Below the pieces are notes generated by a model. That model had not been told where the DNA came from, searched no databases, and was given only the letters and a program-made list of their open reading frames with translations. Shown here one piece after another: positions 1-11,129 of a stretch of DNA of 64,000 nucleotides. The translations under genes and the position numbers were made by a program. The stretch is from Macrostomum hystrix (lineage: Eukaryota > Animalia > Platyhelminthes), in the NCBI GenBank assembly GCA_950097015.1, contig CATNEN010000003.1, positions 9,858,001 to 9,922,000 of the forward strand, given 5' to 3'. The first letter of the stretch is position 1. Every line of letters starts with the position of its first letter.

Positions 1-639
1 ACTAATGTAGTGAATCCGTCGTCAGCAAATTTTATCTTAAGAAAACAAGATCACCTTCGTAATTCAAGAAGTTAGTGGAATTGGAATAATGCTTTGTATT
101 ATCCAACTGTTGTAGTAACTTTTGTGTGATTTTATCATGGTCTTATAGCTGTAATTCATCTAGGTTGGTATTTTTTTGTAAGGACGCTTCCTTACAAATC
201 GATGTAGATTTTGCTGGAAATTTGTCTTTTTCAGCGAGACATTTTATACTTCATGGACTGAAAAGCTACACACAGTCTTTGGGAGCGCCGTGGAAAGGGT
301 GTGGCTGTGAACATCTGGCCCAACTGGGTAGCTAGGCTGTGTTATTTAATCTATCTAGATGTAAAAGTGCTACCCAATTTATCCACGCAGTCAATTGACT
401 CGTTTATGATCTATTTTTTAGCTCATTGGAAACCCTGGCGCGAAACACTAGCCAATGAGAATTCGCGACCTTGAATCACGTGGGTCATGCATGAATGTAT
501 AAGCTTGTATGGTGATTGGTAAGCAGTGAATAACTAAATAATAAACGCTGTTTAATTCACATTCTGTGGTTAGAATAGTATATCACCTTTTCCCGTTTCC
601 CTTCTGGGTCGAGCCGTCGACGATCCGGACCAGGTTGCT

Positions 640-1554
640 AGGACAATTTTGGCCATAATGGTAAAGCCATTACTTGTGGAAAACCGTTTGTAGTCCGACT
701 ATTGCCGACATACATTTTGTCTGCGGAGTTTCTGCGAAAATGCGTCAGCCAATGTATTAAAGCAATTAACAACAACGGTGGCCGTGTCGTTGCTCTCGTC
801 AGCGACAATCACCCTACCAACCGCAAGTGTTTTGCTTTATTTAGCGATGGAAGAGATAAGCCATGGATTGGAACGGATGCTGCACAGGAGTCAGAATTCT
901 TCATGCTGTTCGATTTCGTTCACATTATCAAATGCATTCGCAACAATTGGCAAATGGAAGCGAATGGAATTCTAAGCATTCAACCTCCTGGCGCTGACAG
1001 ACAGATATCCGCTAAATGGTCAGACGTGGTACGCCTGTACCAAATGGAGAAAGACCACGTAGTCAAGCGCACATGTCTAACTCATGAGGCCTGTTATCCC
1101 ACAAGCATTCAGAAAACTAAAGTCAGTCTCGCTCTCCAAGTTCTCGATGAAAGGGTTGCCGCTGCATTGAGTGTGATGGATACTCAGACACTGCGGAATT
1201 TATCAAAACCATAGTGAGATTCTGGAAAATTGTCAATTGTAAAAATCCTGATCTACACACACGCATGGGATCCGGACAGGCGACCAGTCTATTCCGTTCA
1301 AGATGAAAGCATACAATTTTTAGCGCGCTCGCGGATTCGTTTAATTCGACACATTGTGGAAACGGCCGAGCTCGCCATCATTCATTGACGCCCGAGACCA
1401 AGTCAGCGCTAGTAAACTCACTGCGCGGAGCCTGTGAGATGTGTGAGGTTCTTTTGTCCGACCCACGAATCAGCTACGTTCTGCTGGCTGACTTTCACAG
1501 TGATCCACTTGAGGCTGAGTTTGGCGTGTATCGCCAAATGAGCGGCGGCAACTA
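640..1554 (+). pseudogene. P-element/THAP9-like DNA transposase, frameshifted 5' part
   Basis: ORFs 702-1214 and 1385-1554 carry P-transposase motifs VSDN, FDFVHIIKCIRNNW and SDPLEAEFGVYRQMSGGNY. The sequence is broken by frameshifts and cut at 1554 by a LINE insertion. Confidence 0.85.
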
Positions 1555-2510
1555 TCGGCGGAAGATATCCTATTCTTCTCTTAAGGAAATTAGCCAGCCA
1601 TGGGGCGGTCAGATACAATCAGCTCATGCTGTACTGCACAGCAATGATAGAAAGCATAGCTCTGTACGCCTCTGAGGCCTGGGGGGCTTTTGTCTCGTGG
1701 AACCTGGGTCCTTGGGACCGCTGTCTTTTTGAAAGAGTAAACATCAGGTGCTGTAAAGCCATACTACAAGTCAGCCAAAATACGGATGGCAACGGGGCCC
1801 GCTCGGAGTTAGGCAGATTGCCTTTATTATACAACATCCAGAAAAGAAGCATTTCGTACTGGGCCTCCATAACAAGCCGGCCGGACTCCATAATTTCCAA
1901 GTTATTGGCGGACCAAACATACAGTGATGCTGGAATCAAAGCAAAGACCAACAATGACGTTATGCTGAACTGCAGAGGCATTAGTCCTGCAAAAGCAATT
2001 GGAACCCACAGGAAAAATTTCGTTTCTCAGTTCGATACCCATTGGAGACAAAGGACACAGAACTCAAGCAAGCTAAGTCACTTCTATTACTCCTTCAAGC
2101 AATATTATTCAGCCGAAAAATATTTACAACAAATATACAACCCGGAGTTGAGACGTACCATAGCCTCGTTTAGACTAGGAAACCATAAGCTAGCTTGCGA
2201 AACATTGCGAACTGCGAGACCGAAAATTCCGTATGTAAATAGATTATGTAGTAAGTGCAAAACAGAAGTTGAAAACGAGGTCCACTTCCTTTTTAAGTAC
2301 ACTTGGAATAAGTATAGCGCAGCACGTTCGAAATTTGAGACGGAAGTTTCTGGGAAAACCCCCAATTTCATATTCTTAACAGCAGAAGAAAAATCTAACT
2401 ACATAATGGCTCAAGACGATAGGGAAACCGCTGAAGCTTTAGCAAAATTACATCATAGAAATATCTAAAATAAGGGAACAGCTGCCCTGAGACTACGAGA
2501 TCTTACTAGC

Positions 2511-2766
2511 TGTTATGTAGTGAACGAAGGGAACAACGGATTTGTTGGCAGATTCCAAATTGAGCAGTTATCCTTTTTGTGATAGCTTTGTGTCCGTATA
2601 TTTATAGGTAGCTGATATGTTAAATCGAAAGTTCTAGAAAACACGGACTATAGAAGGTTCTAGAATATTCTAGCTACAGAAGGTTCTAGAAACTACTAGC
2701 TTCCTCACTGCACTACTCATAGTGGCAGTATGCGTAAATTAGCATTCCGTCAGTCAATACACAACA
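2511..2766 (-). repeat. 3' LTR
   Basis: TGTTATG...ACAACA, direct repeat of 5766-6021. Adjacent polypurine tract at 2767-2780 (GGAGAGGGGGAAGA on minus). Confidence 0.97.
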
Positions 2767-2794
2767 TCTTCCCCCTCTCCGCAAAATCAGTCAG

Positions 2795-5752
2795 TCAGAA
2801 GCCATAACGCTGCACAGGTCGCCTCGGCCGACCGGATCGTCGTACCGGCGGGGTCGCTAGTCCCTGTGCTGGATCCGGTGCAGGCAAGGGATCTCCGCCT
2901 CCATCGTCCGGAACCGTGTGCTGTCCTTGAATGTCGATGAGCGGGTCGAGCTCGTCAGGCACCGGTGTCTCGGGGCTCAGGCGCATCGATGTTGGTACGA
3001 GTGCCTGCTGATTCCAGGTGCTGCCGTCGGTCAGTCGGCAAGCAGCGCCCATCGTTTTGACGATCCGAAGCGGCGCCGAGAGCCGCGTTCCGAGCTTGCC
3101 CCGTCGTATTGGACGCCGCACCCGAACCCAGTCGCCGGCGCGCAGTGCCGGCGGTCGCGCTCTTCGCCGCTGGTCCGTGTAGGCTGCCGTCCGCTGCTGG
3201 CGCTCTTGGATTCGCTGGGCCATCTCGGTATGCGCAACCGCGTTGTCCTTAGACGGTGACAGCAGAGACAGGGCTGTGCGCCATCGCCTGCCCAGCATCA
3301 GCTCAGCCGGGCTCTTCCCAGTCAGGGCGTGTGGAGTGCTGCGGTAAGCCTCAAGGAACTGCAGCAGCGCGTCCTGCATCGGAATGTTCGCCGCCCTGGC
3401 CGCTCGGATGATGTCCATCAGCGTCCTGTTGAGTCTCTCGGTCTGGCCGTTGGTGCTTGGACGGTACGGGCTGGTCTTCAGGTGCTGAATACCCCGATTC
3501 CTCAGAAATCCGGTGAAGACATCGCCGAACTGCGCACCGAGGGACTCTGCACTGGCGTCGCTAGTGACGATCGTCTCGGCCCCTGGGTCGAAGTGGGCTA
3601 GGACCGGCGGACTGCAGATTGCCGCTTTCAACGTTTCGAATGCCTTCTCGCACTCCGTCGACCATTCGAACACCGCGTCGCTTTTCAGCAGAGGCCGCAG
3701 TGGCGCCGTTACCTCCGCGAAGTTGGGCACGAACCGCATCAGATAGTTGGCGGATCCCAGGAACGCCTGCAGCTCCTTCCTGTTGGTCGGCGGGCGCAGC
3801 TCGCTGAAGGCCTTGGTCTGACTCTCAGACGGTCGCATGCCGTTGGCTGAGAAGATGAAGCCAAAGAACTCAATCTCAGTCCTCCGCAGCTGGCACTTGT
3901 CCTTGTTGGCAGTGAGACCGGCGTCCTCCAATCGCTTCAGCAGTGCTCGCAGCCTCGAGTCGTGCTCGGCTTCAGTTGCTCCGAAGACGATGAAGTCGTC
4001 CAGGATGTGCTCAACACCCTGCAGATCAGACACCAGGTCGTCCAGCATCCTCTGGAATGCCGCCGGTGCAGAAGCAAGGCCGAACGGCACCCTGCAGTAG
4101 CGATACAGACCCTGGTGAGTAATGAATGCTGTCAGGTCACGTGATGACTCGTGCAGCTTCATCTGCATGTATCCTGCCTTAAGGTCGATCTTGGAGAACA
4201 CGCTGCCTCCGGCCGCTTTGATCTTGGCCGAGATCTCGTCCAGCTGCGGCATCGGGTGCCGGTCGATGACGAGCGACTTGTTCGGCTCTCGCACGTCAAT
4301 GCAGACTCGAATATTTCCGTCCTTCTTGTTAGCGACAACCAAGTTGGAGATCCATGGGCTGGAATTCACCCGTTCGATGATTCCCATGGCCTCCAGACGG
4401 TCCAGCTCCTCGCCGACTTGTTGCTGCTTAGCGAGCGGAAGTCGACGGAGCGGCTGCTGCACTGGTGGCACCGCTGCGTTAATCCTCGGTTTGTGCACTG
4501 CGCCTTTGCAGAGACCGATCGAGCCGCTGAAGACCGTTGGGAACTCTCGCTCGATGTCTACGCTGGCGATCTCGGCACCGATCTCAGCTGGCGGCTGCAG
4601 TTGCACGCGGAAGCCCAGCTTCTCCATCAGGTCGCGGCCGATGAGGTTCTCGCCAGACCTCGTGACGTAGAAGTCGTGTTGGAGCTCACGGCTGTGGTGC
4701 TTGACGGGCACTGTTGCGATCCCAGCTAGGGCGATCAGCTTCCCGCCGTAGGCTCGTAGCCTCATCGACGACGTTCTTAGGAGAATGTCGCCCAAGCTCC
4801 GTGCCGTGGCCTCGTTCAGCAGAGACACCTTGGCACCGCAGTCGACCATCAGGCTGACGGTCCTTCGGATGCTGCCGAGCTGAAGGTCTGCGCGGACCTC
4901 GTTGTTGCCGTGGACTGCGTAGATTGTCTCTTCCGCGCTGACCTGCATTGTCTTATTGCGGCAGCATCGGCTGAAGTGATTCAGTTTGCCGCAGTTGTTG
5001 CACTTCTTGCCGTGCGCGAGACATTGGGCTTTGCCATCATGGCTGCGGCCGCATCGCTGGCAGGATCCTCCGGCTTGCTGCCCTGGCTTCTTCTTGGACG
5101 GAGCGCCATGGTGACCTCGGGGTCTGGCCTCCTGCACAGCCTGGACATTTCCTGAAGAGCCGGCTGCTGCCATCGCCTTGCTGCCTGCCGCTGCCTCCTC
5201 GATAGTCGTCGCGATCACGATGGCTTGGTCCAGTGTCAGCCTGGCGGCGTCCTCAGTCAGCAGGCGCTCACGAATCCGGCTGCTGCTGGTTTTCTGGGCC
5301 AGCTGGTCGCGGATCATTTCATCAGCCATTGCTCCGTAGTTGCAGGAGGCTGACAGCTCGCGTAGTGCTGCGACAAACGTGACTGCGTCCTCTCCGGGCA
5401 GCTGATGTCGCTCCCGGAATCGGTGACGCGCCAACATCACGTTTGGCCGGTCGCCAAACACAGTCGTCAGCATGTCGCGGGTTTGCCAGAAGGTGTGGCC
5501 GTCGACAATCGCGTTGCGTGCCCTGGCAATCCGCTGCCCTTCGAAACCGAGCAGGTGCAGCAGCATGTTGCGGCTCCTCGTTGCCAGTCGCGTAGCTTCC
5601 TCTGTTGGAGCTTCGCCCTCTGCCGGCCGGTCAGTCCAGATCTGCGCCGCTTGGCAATAGATATCGAAAGCGTCTAGCCATCGATTCCATGGAACTGCTG
5701 GAGGTCCGCTTGCCGGCAGGTACGGTGTCGGTGGGCTAACGTTGAGGGCCAT
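2795..5752 (-). CDS. Gypsy gag-pol polyprotein (gag, CCHC knuckles, protease, RT, truncated RNase H fused to partial integrase), 985 aa
   Basis: CQRCGRSH and CNNCGKLNHFSRCC knuckles; protease VDCGA; RT motifs KIDLKAGY, PFGLASAP, ILDDF; RNase H start SDAS; integrase tail SPYRPSTNGQTERLNRTL. Confidence 0.95.
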   Translation of the reverse strand: MALNVSPPTPYLPASGPPAVPWNRWLDAFDIYCQAAQIWTDRPAEGEAPTEEATRLATRSRNMLLHLLGFEGQRIARARNAIVDGHTFWQTRDMLTTVFGDRPNVMLARHRFRERHQLPGEDAVTFVAALRELSASCNYGAMADEMIRDQLAQKTSSSRIRERLLTEDAARLTLDQAIVIATTIEEAAAGSKAMAAAGSSGNVQAVQEARPRGHHGAPSKKKPGQQAGGSCQRCGRSHDGKAQCLAHGKKCNNCGKLNHFSRCCRNKTMQVSAEETIYAVHGNNEVRADLQLGSIRRTVSLMVDCGAKVSLLNEATARSLGDILLRTSSMRLRAYGGKLIALAGIATVPVKHHSRELQHDFYVTRSGENLIGRDLMEKLGFRVQLQPPAEIGAEIASVDIEREFPTVFSGSIGLCKGAVHKPRINAAVPPVQQPLRRLPLAKQQQVGEELDRLEAMGIIERVNSSPWISNLVVANKKDGNIRVCIDVREPNKSLVIDRHPMPQLDEISAKIKAAGGSVFSKIDLKAGYMQMKLHESSRDLTAFITHQGLYRYCRVPFGLASAPAAFQRMLDDLVSDLQGVEHILDDFIVFGATEAEHDSRLRALLKRLEDAGLTANKDKCQLRRTEIEFFGFIFSANGMRPSESQTKAFSELRPPTNRKELQAFLGSANYLMRFVPNFAEVTAPLRPLLKSDAVFEWSTECEKAFETLKAAICSPPVLAHFDPGAETIVTSDASAESLGAQFGDVFTGFLRNRGIQHLKTSPYRPSTNGQTERLNRTLMDIIRAARAANIPMQDALLQFLEAYRSTPHALTGKSPAELMLGRRWRTALSLLSPSKDNAVAHTEMAQRIQERQQRTAAYTDQRRRARPPALRAGDWVRVRRPIRRGKLGTRLSAPLRIVKTMGAACRLTDGSTWNQQALVPTSMRLSPETPVPDELDPLIDIQGQHTVPDDGGGDPLPAPDPAQGLATPPVRRSGRPRRPVQRYGF

Positions 5753-5763
5753 CCTCGTCGCCA
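5749..5763 (-). promoter_or_regulatory. Primer-binding site complementary to the tRNA-Ser(GCU) 3' end, overlapping the gag ATG
   Basis: Minus strand TGGCGACGAGGATGG lies 2 nt from the 5' LTR. Plus strand CCATCCTCGTCGCCA equals the 3' end of metazoan tRNA-Ser(GCU) plus CCA, as recalled. Confidence 0.8.
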
Positions 5764-5765
5764 GT

Positions 5766-6021
5766 TGTTATGTAGTGAACGAAGGGAACAACGGATTTGT
5801 TGGCAGATTCCAAATTGAGCAGTTATCCTTTTTGTGATAGCTTTGTGTCCGTATATTTATAGGTAGCTGATATGTTAAATCGAAAGTTCTAGAAAACACG
5901 GACTATAGAAGGTTCTAGAATATTCTGGCTACAGAAGGTTCTAGAAACTACTAGCTTCCTCACTGCACTACTCATAGTGGCAGTATGCGTAAATTAGCAT
6001 TCCGTCAGTCAATACACAACA
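5766..6021 (-). repeat. 5' LTR
   Basis: Direct repeat of 2511-2766; differs at 5927 (G) versus 2672 (A). Confidence 0.97.
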
Positions 6022-6260
6022 CTAGCATTCAACAATAGATATTTCATATTTTGTTTTATCCATGGCGTCCCTTGTGTTTTTACTGCTCTTATTTTTAATA
6101 CCTTTGCTTTCCCTTCCCAGCTCGATATTTGATTCCTACTAAACTTCGCTTTTTATGTTGCTTTTCGTTGTTCATTTAAATGTGTTGTTAAAAAATATAT
6201 ATAAAAAAAATCAGCACCCATAGATGGCGTGCGCGTTTTAATAATAATAATAATAATAAA

Positions 6261-6335
6261 AACTACTATGTATCTGTGGAGCAAGTGCTGCTCAGTGCTC
6301 GACTCCGACGAATGAAATTATTCGCTTTCATCCTT
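6261..6335 (+). pseudogene. P-element transposase, resumed 3' part
   Basis: Translates NYYVSVEQVLLSARLRRMKLF, continuing GGNY from 1554. Confidence 0.75.
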
Positions 6336-7488
6336 TATCTTCTTGCCGTTGGAGTTTTTTGTTGATATGGCGGTTACTTTATTGTAAATTTTAATTTACT
6401 TATAATGTAAACATTTTAATTATATCGATGGTTCCTATTCTTTAAATTAAATACTCGACATTGCCTCGCTTTGCTATTTAATCTAACCGTTAATGCCTGA
6501 TAGCAGAGAAGACTTAAAAAAGCCATAGAACAATACTTTTAAGCGAGCCCCTCAGATTTTTGCCATGAATTGGCTCGTTTCGCGTCCCGAGGGTTTTAGT
6601 TGTCCCTATATTATAGAATATAGAATCTGTGATTTCACCATTGACAATCCTTGAATGATAGTTTATGTGATTAAACGGTCGTACGGGTCACGATATCAGC
6701 TTGAGTCAGAAGCCAAATCTGTGTAAAATTTCTTGTTATAAGCAGTCTGCAACAGCGAAATTAAATAATAACCAGCGAAATGGATTAAGCGTCGATTTCG
6801 AAGAATAATGTTGTAAGGCACTTTATTACAAATCATTCAGACTTCGTTTCAAGGTTTGATTGCAGCACAATTCCGGAGGTTGGACGACCCGCAGCGACTG
6901 CATCGTATCACATTAAGGCGAAGACTGTATGGAATATCATCCGGTTACGTCGGGATGCATGGATCCAATCCAGATTTGTCTTATACTGTCAATACTGTGG
7001 CAAATGTGTTCAGCAGCTCAGTAGACATATTGACAGGTCATGCAAGCGTAAACCGGCGATTACAGAGGCAGCAAATGCAATCCTTTCGTCAAGTTACAGC
7101 GACGACTCTTCGTCTGATTCGATAGACGCGGGTGCAAACATTGAGCTGTCTATTGTCGTGTGTGCGTCTTCTGCGCGGGACAGTCCTATGCTGTACACGT
7201 TCCAAAAAATGCATCGTCTGTCATCTACCACCGTCTACTTCTCAGTCAGAACATTGCTCACTGTCAGTAGCACCAGTGTTGGCTTAATAAATTTAAACTC
7301 GTACATGAGTACATAAGTTGTAATTTGCAAATTCTGACGTAAATAATAAGAAAATAAATAATTTAATAGTTCAAGCAATCAATCAAGTCTTATTTGGTTA
7401 TTTGATTACCATTAGAAATAGGCATCATAGATACTCAAAGTACTTTCGCATAAACACATCATTTCGTATTCGTTTTAGGCCATGTTTT

Positions 7489-7808
7489 GTAGAGGTTGTA
7501 GCCTAGTGGTTAGGGCGTCGGAGTCACGACTTGAAGGTCGGGGGTTCGATTCCCGACTCCACTGGAACAATTTGCGTCCTTTAGCAAGACACTTAACTCT
7601 GCATTGCTTCAGTTTAATTACCCAGCTGTTAAATGGGTACCAGCATCAGCTGGGATAATTGAAGGTGGGTGTGGCGTCCCCCCAGTCCGTGGACTGAACA
7701 GCTGTACGCAGCCTTCAGATGCGCCGCGCATTAGCTGCGGCTGTGCTGTCGGCTGCACATCTGACCCAATTGGGGCAGGTGTAATCAATTATTATTATTA
7801 TTATTATT
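7489..7808 (+). mobile_element. tRNA-derived SINE, family 1
   Basis: A box TAGCCTAGTGG and B box GGTTCGATTCC, a body shared with 26050-26311, and an (ATT)n tail. Confidence 0.85.
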
Positions 7809-8460
7809 CGCAAAAATATTGAAATATAATAATCATAAATTCTTTGAGTACAGCCTGTTGCATAATGCTGCAGTTAACTTCTTTGAGAACATATCAGCAT
7901 TTTTTCGAAAAATATTCGCCATCCTATCGTTATAGTACTTTCGCAAAAACTGCCATTATTTTTCCTTTATTTATTAAGTATTCAATATAGTACAAAGTAT
8001 TGCGAAAAAAGTAAATTCATGACTCTTGGCAATTTGCATAAATACTAAATGTGTCTATGGTAAAAAAGCACAATTGACACTTCGTCTGACAATACGTATG
8101 TACCTTCGCGAAAATACCATAAGATGTAGCCATGCACGCTACTTCAAGAACTTTTGCAAAAATACTGCCCTTACCTTCGTTTAAGAACATATCAGTCGTT
8201 TCGCAAAATACTGTATTTACTTTCCATTTAGAACTCGTTTTTTTGTTGCGAAAATACCTTCATGAATAGCATTCATCAATACTTTCGCAATTTGCAGAAA
8301 TACTACTCGGTGAAATGTCTATGGTAAAATACTGCATTTTCCCTCGTTCGACAACATATCAGTATTTTCGCGTAAATACCTACGTAAATATATACCATCA
8401 GAAAAAGAAACATTAAGAATACTTTGAGTTATACATTCGCTAAAAAAGACTCCCATTTGC
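7808..8460. repeat. Old degenerate AT-rich tandem array
   Basis: A TT(C)GC(G/A)AAAATAC-like motif recurs about every 40-100 bp. Confidence 0.5.
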
Positions 8461-8534
8461 CTTTGTTTGCGAACACATGTCCTTTAGCGGGTGGAAGTAG
8501 TGCTAATTCAAGTAATTTTTCGCGATAAAACAAT

Positions 8535-8925
8535 AAAGAAAGGCGAGAATCAACATTTAACGACGCGTTTCGCACAACAGTGTGCATCTTCAGGTTTATT
8601 TTAAACGAATATAGCGAGTAGAGAAGTGAATAAATATGAGATTTTTTGGTGTAAATTTAATCAATATTTTAATATTTTCAGTACATATTTGATAGTCCGT
8701 AAGTCGAGAGGCAAGCAAAGTCCAGGGACGGATTGTTAGCGTTGCAGCCAACAGTACAGAATGTACAGCCAGGCCCCCTCCCTCAGAACACACGGAGAAC
8801 ATGGCCCGCGCCACTGTGTTGGAGATGAGTGTTGAGGTTGGGGGAATGAGCTTTAATGTACAACGCTTCAAGAATCTGCAGTTTGGAGTCAAATGAGCAT
8901 TGGTCAATGACTTTGAAGCGCTTTT
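8535..8925 (-). mobile_element. Penelope-like element, 3' fragment
   Basis: Minus ORF ending at 8783 (FKVIDQC..KLQILEALYIKAHSPNLN) matches the GIY-YIG C-terminal region of PLEs. A hammerhead motif lies downstream. Confidence 0.85.
8559..8596 (-). ncRNA. Minimal type I hammerhead ribozyme
   Basis: Minus strand AAC-CTGAAGA-T-GCACA-CTGT-TGTGC-GAAA-CGCG-TC-GTT. Full catalytic core, 5-bp stem II, palindromic stem III (ACGCGT), predicted cleavage after GUC between 8562 and 8561. Confidence 0.85.
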
Positions 8926-10027
8926 CGCGTTTGCAGCTGGAGCAGCTATTACATTTTAAGAGAAGAGAATCAGAAGAAAACATTCTTCGAACTAGAATCA
9001 ATAATACAATATGGAAGGTTTAGAAGACTTCAATTTTGACGCTCTGACGATATAATATCCCAGTTTTTGTCAAATAACCACCAAAAATTACCATAGACAA
9101 CACATTCCCGGCTCAGAATAGTACAATTTTTTAACGATTAAATAAGCAATTGTATTTTATATCTATTATGATAGCTACACGAATTTCGTCTGGAATATAT
9201 TTACAAATTAATAACCAGTATAGCAAAAGAGCCGACACCATTAGCCACACAAGAACTAATTTAACAAATGAAACGCAACAAAATGAGTGCTGACTCTTTT
9301 TAAACAAAATTACAAAAGAAGCTATTGATTTTGGTTATTAAAGCCTACACAATAATTGAATCCGTTTAACAAGCGCAGACAGGCTTTGAAGCAGAGAAAG
9401 TAACAAGAATTAATGTGATAGCATACAAGTACACACAAAGGTAATTTATAATCTAGCTGCCGAGAGTTTGTTTGAAAAAGTTGCGCTAAGCGAGAACCGC
9501 CGACGTCATAAAAAACTGACGCCTTTTGTTGCAGAAGAAAACAAAATACTCGTAAAAGAGAAGTGCGCTTGTCTAAACAAAACAAATTAATTTGTTTGTT
9601 TGATATAATAAAGTAATAGCATCAAGAATATTGTGGCCTATTAACTGTCTGTGCAGCATGCTTATATACACAATGCTTAATGGTCGCTAAGGCGCCAAAT
9701 AAAAGAGGCTGCAATATAAAACTTTTATTAATATTGCCAATTTCGAAGATGAAGGGATGGAATAGTTTGTCTCGCATTGTGTTTTGAGACATAACTATTC
9801 AATTAATTTATATATGACCAATTGGCGATTCTAATAGCATGAAGTTATGCTCAAATAAACACAACTAGGTCGATATAGATGTAATTTGCATTCTATTCAA
9901 TTTCATAATAGGGAATCCGCAAATTAAAGATAATATAGGAAGTCGGACTCTTTAGTAAGTGATAAAACTCATCCAATCAGAGACAGGAAGGGGAAGAGAG
10001 GGATGCAACGTAAAATAGACTGTTTAA

Positions 10028-10365
10028 TAGAAGGGTCTCAGCCAATCAGGGATTAAGAAGGGTATAAAATGAAATAACGTAAACCAATAGACAGGGTCTC
10101 AGCCAATCAGGGATTAAGAAGGGTAAAGAATGAAATAATGTAAACCAATAGACAGGGTCTCAGCCAATCAGGGATTAAGAAGGGTATAGAATGAAATAAC
10201 GTAAACCAATAGACAGGGTCTCAGCCAATCAGGGATTAAGAAGGGTAAAGAATGAAATAACGTAAACCAATAGACAGGGTCTCAGCCAATCAGGGATTAA
10301 GAAGGGTATAGAATGAAATAACGTAAACCAATAGACAGGGTCTCAGCCAATCAGGGATTAAGAAG
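10028..10365. repeat. 61-bp tandem repeat, about 5.5 copies
   Basis: Unit AGACAGGGTCTCAGCCAATCAGGGATTAAGAAGGGTATAGAATGAAATAACGTAAACCAAT. Confidence 0.95.
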
Positions 10366-11129
10366 GAGTAAAGAAAAAAATTAACGTGGTCAAGAGTTGC
10401 TAACAAACACGGTCTTATCCAATCAGTGATGAGAAATTGAAATCAAATAGGATTGGTTTAAATAATTAGGTTATCTTAGTTAAGAAAGGCAGTACGACAT
10501 TTAGGAAATTGTGTAAAGAAAGGTACTAACAAATACCTAACCATTTACAGTTAGTTTTCTAATATACAGTTTATTAAACAGTTGCGAGAAAACATACTTT
10601 GAGCAGGTTGTAGTTTTATAATAAAACGCTAAGCAAATTATATGAAAACAGTCCTCTGGCCTTCATAAAAAAATGAAGGCCAATAGATGAAAAAATCTCT
10701 AACTGGCAGTTATATTGTTAAAAATTTAGAAAAAGACCCTGAACCAATTATGTACTAGCCGCCGATGCACCGAACCTTCTCAATTGCGAAGTCAACTATT
10801 TAAATACAGAATAAGGCTGCAACGCTATTTACAGCACTTTTACAGTGTGAGTTAAATGAATTTGATGGGAAAAACTTTCTTAAGACTGAATGAGCTTTTA
10901 ACAAAGCATTTATTTTTGATATTTTATTTACAGGAATAAAAACACGACAAGCATTACAATCTTTACATACTCGTATATATAATCTACTCTATCAAAGCTG
11001 CAAAAAATTTAACAAAAAAGCATGCCAGCAATTTTATTGCAATGCGTAACAACAAATTATTAGAAAAAATTGATTCATTTAATAAACGGAAAACGCAAAG
11101 CAACTAAAATTCTTTAGGTATAATCCGGT

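Larger units (their letters stand above)
2511..6021 (-). mobile_element. Ty3/Gypsy (Mag-like) LTR retrotransposon, internally deleted
   Basis: Two 256-bp TG...CA LTRs at 2511-2766 and 5766-6021 (one mismatch seen). 5-bp TSD CTAGC at 2506-2510 and 6022-6026. PBS and PPT present; single gag-pol ORF. Confidence 0.97.
1555..6260 (+). mobile_element. 5'-truncated non-LTR retrotransposon (LINE, L2/CR1-group-like) with (TAA)n tail; 3'UTR interrupted by a Gypsy element
   Basis: ORF 1626-2468 matches the C-terminal region of LINE ORF2 (IALYASEAWG, ELGRLPL, FRLGNHKL, LCSKC...ENEVHFLF). (TAA)n tail at ~6238-6260. Flanked by duplicated AACTA at 1550-1554 and 6261-6265. Confidence 0.8.

Noticed and set aside
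2918-5677. Multiple plus-strand ORFs within the Gypsy element
   Set aside because: Antisense shadows of GC-rich gag-pol coding sequence.
7489-7565. tRNA gene
   Set aside because: A and B boxes run into a repeated body and (ATT)n tail with a second copy at 26 kb, so this is a SINE head.
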